A stretch of DNA of 64,000 nt. Origin: Octopus bimaculoides. Lineage: Eukaryota. This document shows positions 12,291 to 24,752 of the stretch, one piece after another. Every line of letters starts with the position of its first letter. The first letter of the stretch is position 1. A program made the position numbers and the translations under genes. Where the stretch lies: positions 109,094,912 through 109,158,911 of the forward strand of contig NC_068982.1 of assembly GCF_001194135.2 (NCBI RefSeq). Direction: 5' to 3'. Under the pieces are notes generated by a model, which saw only the letters and a list, made by a program, of their open reading frames with translations, did no database searches and was not told where the DNA came from.

Positions 12291-15200
12291 ATAACAGTAA
12301 TCATTTGAAAAATCTTCTAGGTTTAGGGATAGTGGACAAGAATTAGCTTTCTGACTGCTGGTCAAGCTTGGAGTGAGGAAGTCAACTTATTATAAATATA
12401 TTTATAAGAAATAGAAATTGTATATGGGGTTTGGTATTTGAAATATTTGAAACATAAGAAATTGAGACAGTATTTATCTAAATACTTTGTTTAGTTGCAC
12501 TTTTCTTTTTAAATCCAGGTTATTTTTGTCGTAAATCTGTCTAGAGTTGATAAAATGAGGTGCAGTGATTTGCAGATGTCAAATAAATCTTATTCCACAA
12601 CTTAAGTTGTTTTTACTTTAGAATGTCAAAATGACCAAAAAAAAAAAAGCAATATTTAAACCAGTGGTTGCATGCTAAATCTAATGTTTCAATGTTGAGT
12701 GTTAAATTCAGTGTTTTTATATTTTTAAACACTTTATTTTTAATTTTCTCATTTGTAGTTATTAAATTACACTTCACTTCATTTTAATTAACATTTAGTA
12801 TAAAATGTGTGTGTGAGTTTATAAGAGATGTTGCCATCTAACTAGAGGTAAATTGAGGATTTATCAGCTGTTGCATTGTGCTCATCACAGATGATGTCTA
12901 CATCAAGTAGAGCATTCTGTCCAAACTAACTAATTGGTGTTTCATCTTCATTGTGATTGGGTATTGATTTTATTTCACATTGTGTTTGTGTATATGTACA
13001 TTTTTTGTTTGTTTTCATCTTCCTTCATCATGTGTCTATATCTTGTCATAGAAATACACACCTGTCAGTTAACATATTTATATTACACACACACATACAC
13101 ATACAAACAAACATTGAATATTTTCATGTCATAACCTGATTTGTTTGTTGTCCATCAGAACAAGTTTTATCTTGAAATCTATGTCTGGATTAATTGATGT
13201 AAATTGAACTGTCTCATACACCCACCCACAGGTTTTGTATGTGTGTGATATACATACAAATATCATGTTTGCTTCAAGCTACTGATTTAATTTTGACATG
13301 GAGGAATCTAAAGGAGGAAACACTAGAAGTGTTTGTTATTATAACAGTTTATATTCCTGAGATAACTTTTGATATTACCAAAGATGGTAGTTGGAGTTTC
13401 TTTAAAATGCCTATATTAATTTTTTTTTCCATGCTAGCATGGGTGGGATTGTTCTGGTAAGATTGAATTTTTGTGTATTTTTGCAGAAGTAGTTTTTACA
13501 CCTCAAAATTATTATTGTTTAACCCCGAGTTAACTTTGATTAAAGCAGGTATATGATCAAAGGGATTCAAGCTGTGACCATTCTGTCTTTTTAGTAGCAC
13601 CCAGGACTATGTTATCTAATGTGTTCTTTCCTTATTTAAAATGGTTGGGTGTGGTTTGGGGGAGATTCGGGTGCTATTTGTAGCAAGTCAGATATGTAGA
13701 GGGACCTTTGACACCTAAAAGTTGTTCCTACTGCTAATCAGTAGTCAAGAAGTAGATGTGAATATTGTCAGTTTGGAAAAGGGGAAAGCAGTGTTTTGTT
13801 CAAGAGAATAGGTGAAATGTTATAAAGTTTGAACTTCCCAACACCTCATTAATTACAACATTCTTCTTTGTGAAAGTGAGCAACTCATAGTTGTGTACAA
13901 TGATGGAGGAATTTAAACATTCACAGTCTTTATCCTTAGAATTCATTTGCCTCAAGTTGGTTGTATGAAAATAGAATTTAGATTTAACAGTTCGGGGTCA
14001 AAGTAAAATAGTTGAATGCAATTTGATGAAAGGCCAACCTCTCTTTTTTGTTTCCGTCAATTGAATCATGCTCTTAGCAAAATACAAAGCTCAGAATTGT
14101 CTATTATATAGCTACCATTAAAGAGGTTTACTTTGAACTGAGCCACTTAAAATAACATAATATATTTTGATGAAGCTGTTGAACTTACAACAGGATACTT
14201 TTGCTACTGCCCACTACTCAGTTTTGAAGTAGTAGAACCTATTTTCGGTGGACCACAGACACTGTTTATATGCACAACTCAGTGGCTGTTGCAGTGATGT
14301 TTATTCATAACCATATATATATGTTGACAACAGTGCTACACCTTAACTTCATAACAAATACATGTGTGTGTGTGTGTGTATATATATAAGTTCAATTAAA
14401 GGTTAAAAACCTCATTAAGGAATAATAAAATCCAATGAATATACTGGTTTATTACCTATCATAAAAAATATTGAATATTATACTTAATATTCAACTGTAA
14501 GGTAATTGGATAAACTGGGGTTTATATATATTTTAACAAATAAGAAAATAGCGATAATTAAATTAATAATTGTTAATTACAAAATTGGACATCATCTCTG
14601 ACAGCTGTTTCAATTCAAGACTCTAGAAATTAATTAGTATAGTTAAAAAAATTTTAAAGTTGAATCTATTGGTGGTAGAAAAAGATATACTCTTACATTT
14701 TCATCCCTGTAACCTAACAGTTCAGCAAAAGAGACCAATCCAATAAGTACCAGGCTTAACAAAAAAGTATTGGGCTCAATTCAGTTGACTAAAAGTTCTT
14801 CAATGTGGTGCCCCAGCATGGCCATAATGACTGAGATAAGGAAAATATATATATACATATCATGCTGGCTTAAATAGATCTATACCACTTTCTATTGAGC
14901 AGTACAGTAAATGATTATTATTTGTGGAGTTAGTTAAGGTTTATTCGTTTAGTAGTGAGATACCATTGTTATTTTGGATAATACTGGTATCTCACTACAC
15001 AGATAATTTTCACCATAAATAAATACATGGAGTTGTATTTCTGTATAGTCAGGAAGTTTCACAATTTCCTACAGGGGTTGCTGCTTGTTCAAATGAAATA
15101 CAATATTTGAGGTATTTTCTTGTGAGGTAAATGCTGTTGCTGAACCAGGAATAGGTTTTACTTAAAAAAAAAAAAGAAAAATCCCTGATGGTGTTAAATC

Positions 15201-15738
15201 ATGTGGTAGACTAACTTTAGGAAATTCTTTAGAATTCTTTCTCATTTAAAAAGAACCAAAACAAATCTACCATGGTTCTTGTGTGATGTTTGAAAGGCAA
15301 TATAAAGAGTAGGTTAGGTGATACATAGTTATTTTCAACACATTCATCGATAAATGAATAATTATTGCTTTTCACAAGTCTATGATGATAATCCTAATTA
15401 TTAATACTAAAAATCTATATAAACAGCAAAAATGAGTTTTTAATGAGTTTCTATGAAATCTGGTTCTGTTGAAGCTTCATAAGAAATATATTCTCTTAAC
15501 TTTTTGCGTATTCATATTATTGTTGGATTTAAGGTAACCAATATATTACTCCGAAATATTCACCAAAGTTGTTGGTTTTTGCCATCATTAAAGGGACATA
15601 ACAGTAAATTAGAATATGCGATGGTAGATAATTCTTGTCTATTTATAAGTTTATTTCACTGTCATTTGACAACCTTTTGATGAAGAATGTTTTTAAATAA
15701 TGGAATTTTTTTTAAAGATGAAATTTTGCAATTTAGTT

Positions 15739-16198
15739 ATCATCATCATCACCACCTTAACACCCACCTTCCCATGTGCACATGGATCAAATAGAATTTG
15801 TCAAGGCAGATTTTCTATAGCCAGATTCCCTTCCTGCTGTCAGCCCTCACCTGTTTCCAAGTGTGGTAATATTTCTCCATGACCAGACATGGCACAGAAG
15901 GTTAGGAACAAAGGATGCCACTTGCATAACAGTGACACATGCTTACAACTATCATATGGTGCCAAAGCAAGGAGACAGGTAGTAACACATGCACATACGT
16001 GTACACACACACACACACACACATATATATATGATGGGCTTCTTTCAGTTTCTGTCTACCAAATCCACTTATAAGGCTTTGGTCAGCCTGGAGCTGTAGT
16101 AGAAGGCACTTGACCAAGGTGCCACACTGTTGGAATGAACCCAAAACTACATGGCTGGGAAGCAAACTTCTTGCTACACAATCATGTCTGTGCCTATA
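15739..16198 (-). mobile_element. tRNA-derived SINE, same family
   Basis: Reverse copy of the head and body (gggcttctttcagtttctgtctaccaaatccac...) followed by the RTE-like tail. Confidence 0.8.
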
Positions 16199-16878
16199 AT
16201 CCCTTAAAAATATTTTCAATGTTAGTTTAGTGAAAGTTATACTAATGTGAGAAAGACCACCACTACCACCACCACCACCTCTTGTGGCTGCTGCTGTTGT
16301 TTTTGAAGCCATTAAGATTTTTTTAAATGGTGAATAAAATTGAATGAGTGGATTGTTGTAAGTCTCATGCTTGAGGATTTAGTTGTTTGAATACCTGCTC
16401 ATTGAATTGGCACTTAAGAGGCAGAACATTCCACAGGCACATGTATCTTTAACATAATTCTTAGGCAGAATCAGAGTCACATAGTGTGACAAGGCCAAAC
16501 CTTTCACTTACAGGGTACAGTCCATCTGACAAATTTCCTATCAGTTTTCAGTTATCTAATATCACTGACAAAGCATAAGTTGGCCTGAAGCTATGGTAAA
16601 AGAGACCTGCCTAAGATGACACCCTGTGGGATTGAACACTGGACTTTTTGATTTACATACCTTCATGTTCCTCTCTATCAAAATACGGTTTAGATCATAA
16701 AAACTAAACATTTTCTTTCTTTTACAAGATATAGAAAAGAAACTATAACCTGTTTAATAAATCTTTGATGTTATTTCATTTATTATTTCTCCCCATCAAG
16801 TTTTACTTATGTTACTAAAGTGTAATTCAGAGGAGCAGCTGAGTATTTTTCAGTTTCTGGAATTGAAAATTATATCTC

Positions 16879-16939
<61 letters not shown>

Positions 16940-17285
16940 GAAGGTTTGGAGGTGATGTACAGGAATTATAAATTAGAAAAAAAATTAAGGTACTCAGAAA
17001 TCTGGATGGTTGTACATTAACAGATTTTTATTAATATGTCACATCTTTTATAAATCATATAAAAGATGTGACATATTNNNNNNNNNNNNNNNNNNNNNNN
17101 NNNNNNNNNNNNNNNNNNNNNNNNNNNNNNNNNNNNNNNNNNNNNNNNNNNNNNNNNNNNNNNNNNNNNNNNNNNNNNNNNNNNNNNNNNNNNNNNNNNN
17201 NNNNNNNNNNNNNNNNNNNNNNNNNNNNNNNNNNNNNNNNNNNNNNNNNNNNNNNNNNNNNNNNNATATATATATAATTTATGGT

Positions 17286-17530
17286 GTGCAAGAGAGAAGA
17301 CTGCACTGGTATGGCCATGTAATGCATATGGATGAAGACAGCTGCATAAAAAAATTGTGGAGAGAACTTGTGGAGGGATAGACTCAGGAAGACATGGGAT
17401 GAAGTGGTGAAAAAGGATCCTCAGATGTTGGGCTTCACTCAGCAAATGACAAAGGAAAGAGACTTCTGGTGATTTGCTGTGATTGAGAAGACATGTCAAG
17501 CTAAGTAAAATCATGACCATCCATACATAC
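17286..17530 (+). mobile_element. RTE LINE 3' fragment
   Basis: YGVQERRLHWYGHVMHMDEDSCIKK matches the RTE C-terminus at 61890-62132. Confidence 0.85.
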
Positions 17531-17739
17531 AGGCATGTCCTTATGGCCATGTCCTTCACTCTCTATCTCAGCCGAGAGGTCCTTGTCTTGCAGGCCCGTA
17601 GGTGCTGTTGTCACGTAAAAAGTACCTGTTTCAGTGTTGCATAAAAAGTACCTGTGCTGGTGACACATATAGAGCACCTGTGCTTGTGTCACATGCCCGT
17701 GCCACATATAAAGCAGCTATAGAAAGTTTAAAAGGTAGA

Positions 17740-19625
17740 AGTGAGACAGTTGTAGCCAATGGTGCTCTCTGAGGAGACATCAATTCTCAGCAGATTTCCT
17801 CAGGGGAATGTAATGAGACCTCTACTGTTTGTGGTAGCTCTTTCAGACATGCCCCCAGTCATGCAGTCAGACACTTTCACCAGCTATGCAGATGATATGA
17901 GAGTATTGCAGGTGGTCAAGGACACTGATGACACCCTAGAACAGTAAAAAAAAAAAAAAATCTGAATATTAGTATATAAGCGGGCTTATTAAAATAAAAT
18001 CCAGTTCAATGCTTAGAAGTTTCAAGCGCTCTACTATCAGCAATTGGAATATACAGGAACAGGGAGTAGTGCCGTCCTAGAGTTAGAGTTGATCTCTGAC
18101 AGGGGAATCCACATGAATAATGATTCAACATTTCATGTGCATATTACTAAGATGGCAACACTGTGCAGGTGAGTAGCTGGTTGGATTCTGAAATCATTCA
18201 GATCAAGGAAGAAGAATACCAGGCTACTCTTATTGAGAACATTTTTTCAGTCATGTGGTTTATTGCTGCTCTCAACTGTGGTCACCACAAAGTATCAAAT
18301 TAACAGTGGACCTCCATGCATTCCAATGCCACTACACAAAGAAGTTTGGTGAAACAGTCCAGCTACCAGGAGAGGCTAAAAGAACTGAAGCTTTACTCCT
18401 AGAAAGAAGCTGCTTGCTTGCTTCATTCTTTTGCAGGTTTGTCGTCTCAGAGGCATCATCATGCATAGAATCAACCTGGTCAACCAGTGCTCCCCATTAC
18501 TGGCGGTCCCATACCAGCCACTTCTCAAGATGATGTTGAGCTTCTGGAGATCTTCTTTAATCATGTCCGCTGTGCTGAATGAGAGTAAGGCCCTGGTAGG
18601 ATGATCTAGCAGGAGGCAGAGGGCATATCTGTTCTAGCGCATGTGGCAGATAGCTATGAAGTGGGAGATTGTGGACTGATGCTTGTATACATACATTTCT
18701 TAATTGGAAATATGATTGCACCATCTGATGTTCTTGATGGTTCTCAGGACTCTACTATTAAAGCTGTTGATCCTCTTTGCCATGGGGCCATGAGAGGTCG
18801 TGTTTCTGCTCCATAGAAGTGATCAGAGAAGACCAATGCATTGTAGATGTGGAGCTTTGTTTTCCAGGTGATAAAGCAGTGGTGCCAAAGGGGCTCCCAT
18901 AGGGGGTACATAACACCAGCAACCAGATAACATTTATGTTAGATCTCTGAGGTCAGGTCTCCATTGTTGATGACTGTGGAGCCCAGGTAGATGAAAGAGC
19001 TGACAAACTTCATGATGTTGGAGCCAATAAGGAGAGGGAGAGAGTCTGGGCCATCACTGATATGCATCAACTTGGTCTTTGCCCAACAAACCTGAGGGCC
19101 AAGCTTTGCTGATTCCTCTGAGTATATGGTCAATCGAGTTGCTGAATAGGGTGTATTGTCTGCATACTCCAGGTAGTGATGAAGTAGTGATGATGTATAT
19201 TATATACATATATATACATATATATACATCCAGGTAGTGATGATGTATATATATATATATATATATGAAAGATCCTGGATGGTCTAGCTCCCAACTTTGG
19301 TATTGAAACTGGATGTCACTGCATAGTACTAAACATCCTGTCCTCTCCATCTAGAGTAAGGACAGAGTACTGTAACAACTTGGGTTTCAAGGGCCCACAG
19401 CTTTTCAACATTTTGTTAAACAGTCTCAGAAATTGGTGATGTAGATGTGGGTGTTTTTAAAGAACATTAGGACAAATTTTTACCTGAGTTACCAGATGAA
19501 CTCACATCATAGCAGGAAACATAAAGAGCAGCTCTGTCTAACACACTACTTCACCAGAGATGCTTATGAAGAGAAGGTCAAGAGTAGTGTTTCTGCATGG
19601 CCACAGACTCTGGCTAAAACCAGTA
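17740..19625 (+). mobile_element. Degenerate CR1/L2-group LINE (RT to C-terminus), interrupted by an antisense RTE fragment
   Basis: PQGNVMRPLLF...SYADD at 17790-17900 and YQERLKELKLYSLER ending about 18408; resumes about 19262 with KILDGLAPNFGI...GPQLFN...DKFL..LPDE. Confidence 0.8.
18409..19176 (-). mobile_element. 5'-truncated RTE-clade LINE fragment, a different family from the 29-33 kb element
   Basis: Minus strand reads LEYADN, then AKLG.QV.WAKTKLM and FIYLGSTV...GDLTSEI; short gcaa tandem tail at about 18410-18422. Confidence 0.75.
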
Positions 19626-21572
19626 AAAATAAAGTATTTGACAGCAAAGAAAAATGTATTTGAATGAATCAACATCTGATTAATCACTATGCTTGGATTT
19701 CATGAAATTGTTTTTCTGAATGATCCTGCCATCCATATCTTAAAACACTTGCATGGTTGATTTGTCATGACAGCACTTCTGTATATTACTCCGTACACTC
19801 ATATCTACTGAAGCTCATCTGCTTTTTTAGGAAAGCACCATGAAGTTTGTGTTTGTTCCCTTCATGCTGTTTTTAACCTTATTTCTTTTCCAGGTTTGAA
19901 ACATTTCATTTAATTTAGGTTACTAATGTGAATGTGTGAACATTCAATATTTCACTTGTTCCATCCCTTAGGCAATTTCAGATTTCAGGTTTCCTGTCTG
20001 TGAGTTCAACTGTGGTAAACAACTTGAAGGATTGGTTTTCATAAGTCTGGTGGGCAGTGTTTGTTGTTCATAGTAATGACAGTTTATTTTGTTTACAGAA
20101 AAAATAAATATATTTTTTTTATAAAGAACCTCTAACAACTTTCAGTGTTCTTTATTGTATCAGATATATTTCTGATATAGGTATTAGTGAATTTTGGCTT
20201 GTTTAAATTAGACACATTTCTGTGCTTGTAAATACATTGATGTACCCACACCGTCTCTTTTATCTTCTCTCATTGTGTTTGTTTGTGTTTGTATAAATGG
20301 TTTCTTTGTTTTCTTTTCTGTTGAAAATTTTATTAATTCATTACTTTCACTATTTTTTTCTAATAATTCTCCAGAGCTTTTCTTTGATCATAGATATGTC
20401 CAAAATAATGTTAAATTTTTACAATACTTTATTTTGCGGTACTGTATGTAGTCATAATCACCTACTCTGTTGTGAGCTAACTTCTGGGATTAATTGCATT
20501 TTGCATCATTGAACACATTATCAATATATATTAGTTAAACCTTTGTTTATGTAACTACTTTTTTATTCAAAAATTGTATATATTTGTTCTTTATCAAGCA
20601 CTGCTATCACAGGTGGCTTATCTGAAAAAAACTATGGTTACACATCCTTGAACAAACTCAAACTGCATTCTCTCTGTATTAGTTTTGCTGTAACTCTCTC
20701 TACTACCTTCATTACTTAATACATTAGTGCTAATGTCCCTTTACTCTATGCATTTCCTTTAATTTTGTTGCTGGTTTTCTAGTTAATTTGTTTTATTGGT
20801 TAGATATGTAATGAGTGTTAACCCAACTCCCATCCAGAGGCTTTTAGCATCTCATCAGATATCTCATGAAGCCCTTTCTCTGTATTTGTAGATTTACTTG
20901 CATTATCCACCATCTCATTAATCTGACCATTTTATCAGCTGCGTGTAGAGCTTGGTTATCTCTTTGTCCTGTGCATTTATGTAAATACAGGTGTATGTGT
21001 GTAGATTCAGCATTACAAGATGGGGAGTGTAACACACAGACACTCGTATACATTTAATAACAAACTCCAAATAATTCCAAAGATCAGCCCATGTCTTGAT
21101 GACTGCTTCACTTACCCATCAACCTGAACGGAGTAAGAGCCTCACCTTTCTGCTGATATATTGATGAAAGTACATACATAATTTTTTTTTCTTTGTGACT
21201 AATTGTCAGTCAAGTTTTTCTCGCTGCTGCTTAAGTGTTGTAAGCAGCAACAAGTGAGGTGTTTGGTCAGCATTGTCTGCGTTGTTAAGGTAACTCATTT
21301 CTTCATCTCGTCTATAACTGGCAAGCAGTTTGAAGAACACCTGTTTAGAGAACACCTACTGCTGATGTGGCACTCTTGTTCCTATCATCGTTGTTGTTGG
21401 TGCTGCTGCTGTCACTGATGGGGATGATGGTGAGTTTGGGGCAGCACCTTGTAATTTTGAGAAATTTACCTACAGTTGCATGCTGCTAACTTCGAGTTCT
21501 TTGTGTACTGCTTTTGTATTCACTTCACATGTTGCTACCTGGTAGACTAATTATTTTGATCTCAGTGGAAAT

Positions 21573-21621
21573 ATGCCACGCATTTCATCATCAGCCAGAG
21601 TTCACATTGGTGATGGGGAAG
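21573..21621 (+). CDS. Candidate alternative first coding exon of the ATP8B gene (exon 21566-21621; MPRISSSARVHIGDGE + phase-1 G)
   Basis: Acceptor ttattttgatctcag ends at 21565, ATG at 21573, open frame, consensus donor AAG|gtaagc at 21622 in phase 1, so it joins 39112 in frame. Lies at a local CpG peak. No homology or transcript support available. Confidence 0.45.
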
Positions 21622-22146
21622 GTAAGCTATTTTTTCAAGTTCAACAATAATAAGAATAATAGCAACAGCTATAATAGTTTTAGCTACATATTTCTGTCAA
21701 TTTAGTGTGTTTATTATACGTCAGTGAGAAGAATAACCTTTCTCTTTTACTTCATGTGTATATACTCACATGCGACAAGTACACATGCAGATAAATAAAC
21801 CACCAGTACTCAAAATCACAAACATACATATTTCAAAATAATGTTTTTCTTTTTAATTTATTAGTTTTATAAGTTTGGATGCTTACACACACACATATAT
21901 ATGTATCTGTATGCATGTAAATAGGTGTGTGTGTGTATGCATGTATGCATTAAGAATCAGTTGGTGATTCACGTCTTTGTTACAAATGAATGAATCATCG
22001 AATGATTCCTAATAAATATACCCTCTATACAATATACAATGTATTGAGTGCCTTTTACTTCCATTTGTAAGCATGTGTGTGTGTATTGTATTTAGGCATG
22101 TTTATGCAGACATGTAAAATTGTGTGTGCATGTATATGTATATATA

Positions 22147-22189
<43 letters not shown>

Positions 22190-22213
22190 GCGCATACACA
22201 GTTGGTTGTGTGA

Positions 22214-22260
<47 letters not shown>

Positions 22261-22304
22261 NNNNNNNNNNCACACACACACATACACACAAGCATGTTTA
22301 TGTG

Positions 22305-22358
<54 letters not shown>

Positions 22359-24425
22359 TACACACACTCATATACATAAAAGCATGTCTATGTATGTATA
22401 ACTTGGTGCAACACTGATTTTATGCATTATGTTGCATGTTGATCCTTGTCTATGACATGTTCTTATGTTACCTGCTCTAAAGCTTATCAATTGCTTATTG
22501 CCCTACCTATGTCAATATGATTATGCATTATCAAGTATCTAGTTCTGTTCCCTAGTAGTTACATTTGCACATTCATAACAAGGGCAATATTTGATAACAA
22601 AGGAGTAGAATCTGAAGAAACTAGTGAAGGTGTGTGTGTGTGTTGGCATATCTTGATGTGAAGAGTTGAAATATTGGAATAAAGTTGCTGTAAGGAAGGA
22701 AGATGTAACTTTTAGGACAGAACCTTTTTGTTAGAGAAAGTTGAAACAAAATAATATAATTTACTGATTTTAAATGTTACAAATTAAATTATATTTCATT
22801 GTCTGATTTGACTGAAGAGAGACATAGTAGTTTTGAAATCGAGACGCAGAATTACTGATATGAGATAATGTGTTTAAAATGATTTTTGGAACCAACTTTC
22901 ACCTAGTAGTTGAGTGTGTTGCAGAAAGAAGGAAGGGCTTTCAACTCTAATTATAAGCTAGTAAAGTAGCCACTATATGGTTGCATGACCTGCTAGAAAT
23001 AGTTGCCAAGTCTCGCTCTCACATTCTTTAAAAACTTAAAAAAGGAACGACACATAGTTTGAGATCAACTGTGTCTAAAAACAAAATGTACTGGTTACAG
23101 TTTTGGTCCATAAGTGTGTTCAGTCAAGGTTGACCTGGGCCAAAAACAACAACTTGTTCCAGCTATAAGAAAATATCAATAGTTACAAAAATATTTGAAG
23201 AAAATCCTAACATAAGACAAAATTGTCAAAAGTAAATATATTTAGCACTAAAATAAATTATTTACTTTGTTAAATTTAATTGAAGCCTTTTTCTTACTTT
23301 TATAATCTCCATCATAGTTTGATCCCTTCAGTGTTAAAATTCCAGAAAGAGTGAAATAAAGACCTTTTAAAAGTTATGACTACCATTAAAAAGTAAAAGA
23401 ATTATTGTAAAAGAATTGCTATATTTTAAAAACACTCAAGTTTAATGTTTTGGATAACTGATTAAAGAGAAATGAATTCAAAACAGCTAAAGTTCTTAAG
23501 CTGTGTACCTAGTCAAGGTACACAGCATAGCCTTCTTTGAAATGCCCTGCTGAAGATGAGATGTCATTTTCTTTTCATGACTGGGAGGTTGATGGTGGGA
23601 ATGGTACGTAGCTGTAAAAATATTTCCAGCAAGTTATGAATAATCAAATGTGACAACTATTCGATCTAGGAAAATAAGTGAAACAATCTAAAACAAAATC
23701 AAATGAAAACTGGAAGAATTCGTAGCTTTGATATTTTATTAAAATTTTTAATTTTCCTTTATTTAACATTTTGTTATTATCCTATTGTTACCATCATCCC
23801 ATCACCCACGTAATAATGATCATCACCATATAACATAGCCCTATCCTTATTGATATCACAATTGTTATCACCACCATCAAACATTATAAGTATGAGCCAA
23901 GGACGGATCCTCTTTGTGGTCACTTGACTTGCTTAAAGTGGCCGTCAAAACACAGTCATTACATCTTATTGTCATAGTGCATAAAGTTGTTCTAGATATT
24001 CTTAAGAAGAAGGGATGGTTACAGCTGGAATACTTTGATCATAGGTTTGCTTTATTGAGCTGACCTGTTGCTAAACAACAGAAACATTGTAATCACTATC
24101 ATCTCAACTATGACAATCAATGTTTACATGTTTTTTGTTATGGTGTTATTGTCATATTTGTCCTTCATGTATCGAATGATTCATCATAAATAATCAACCT
24201 TAGTGGGATTTTATATCTTACCATTAATTATTCAGCCATAAATCAGCCCTGATTAAACAGACTTGTGATCAAAAGCAATCCAGCCATGGCTTTCTTGTAT
24301 TTTTTCTAGACATTGTGTACTCTGGACTACTACATTGTTCAATGTGTCCTTCCGTTTTTAGAGATGGGAGGGTGCGATTTGAGGAAGATTTAGATGCTAT
24401 TTCTAATGGGCAGCATGACCATGGA

Positions 24426-24752
24426 GAGCAGATCTTTTTTTGATTTTTGTGTCACAGCACGCTTATATGGCGAATATGGTGCCATATATTGTATGTAGGT
24501 GTGCTGCAAGTTTTTGCGGCAACTCCGAAAGTGTCAAGAGATTTTAAAAACACTTGAGTTTTTTTAAATGCATGTGTACCATTGAATATGTGTTCCTTTA
24601 TGTCAAAGTGTAATGCTTGCATCAATCTCTATTTTAAAACAGTTTTGACATATTTTATATAAGAAAACTGCTAAAAAGGTAGTGGTGTACAGTAACACTT
24701 TTAATGCCTTATTTAGAGTGCTGTTGGTGAAAGAAAAATTGAAAATTGCTGC
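24426..24752. mobile_element. Degenerate hAT-like MITE
   Basis: Imperfect terminal inverted similarity (gcag...tttt...acagcac / gtgctg...aaaattgaaaattgctgc) and internal gtgtgctgcaag motif; heavily decayed. Confidence 0.35.

Noticed and set aside
17033-17077. Perfect 20-bp-arm hairpin (aatatgtcacatcttttata-aatca-tataaaagatgtgacatatt)
   Set aside because: It ends exactly at an N gap, so a fold-back read or contig-end artefact is the simplest explanation; needs raw reads.
22812-22849. CTGAAGA-GAGAC-atagta-GTTTT-GAAA-TCGA hammerhead-like string
   Set aside because: Stem II relies on G-U pairs, there is no NUH triplet and no convincing stem I.
23561-23603. Another ATG-led phase-1 candidate exon (MSFSFHDWEVDGGN, donor G|gtacgt)
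   Set aside because: Weak acceptor and no CpG peak; several such candidates are expected by chance in a 28-kb intron. Worth one junction-read query only.
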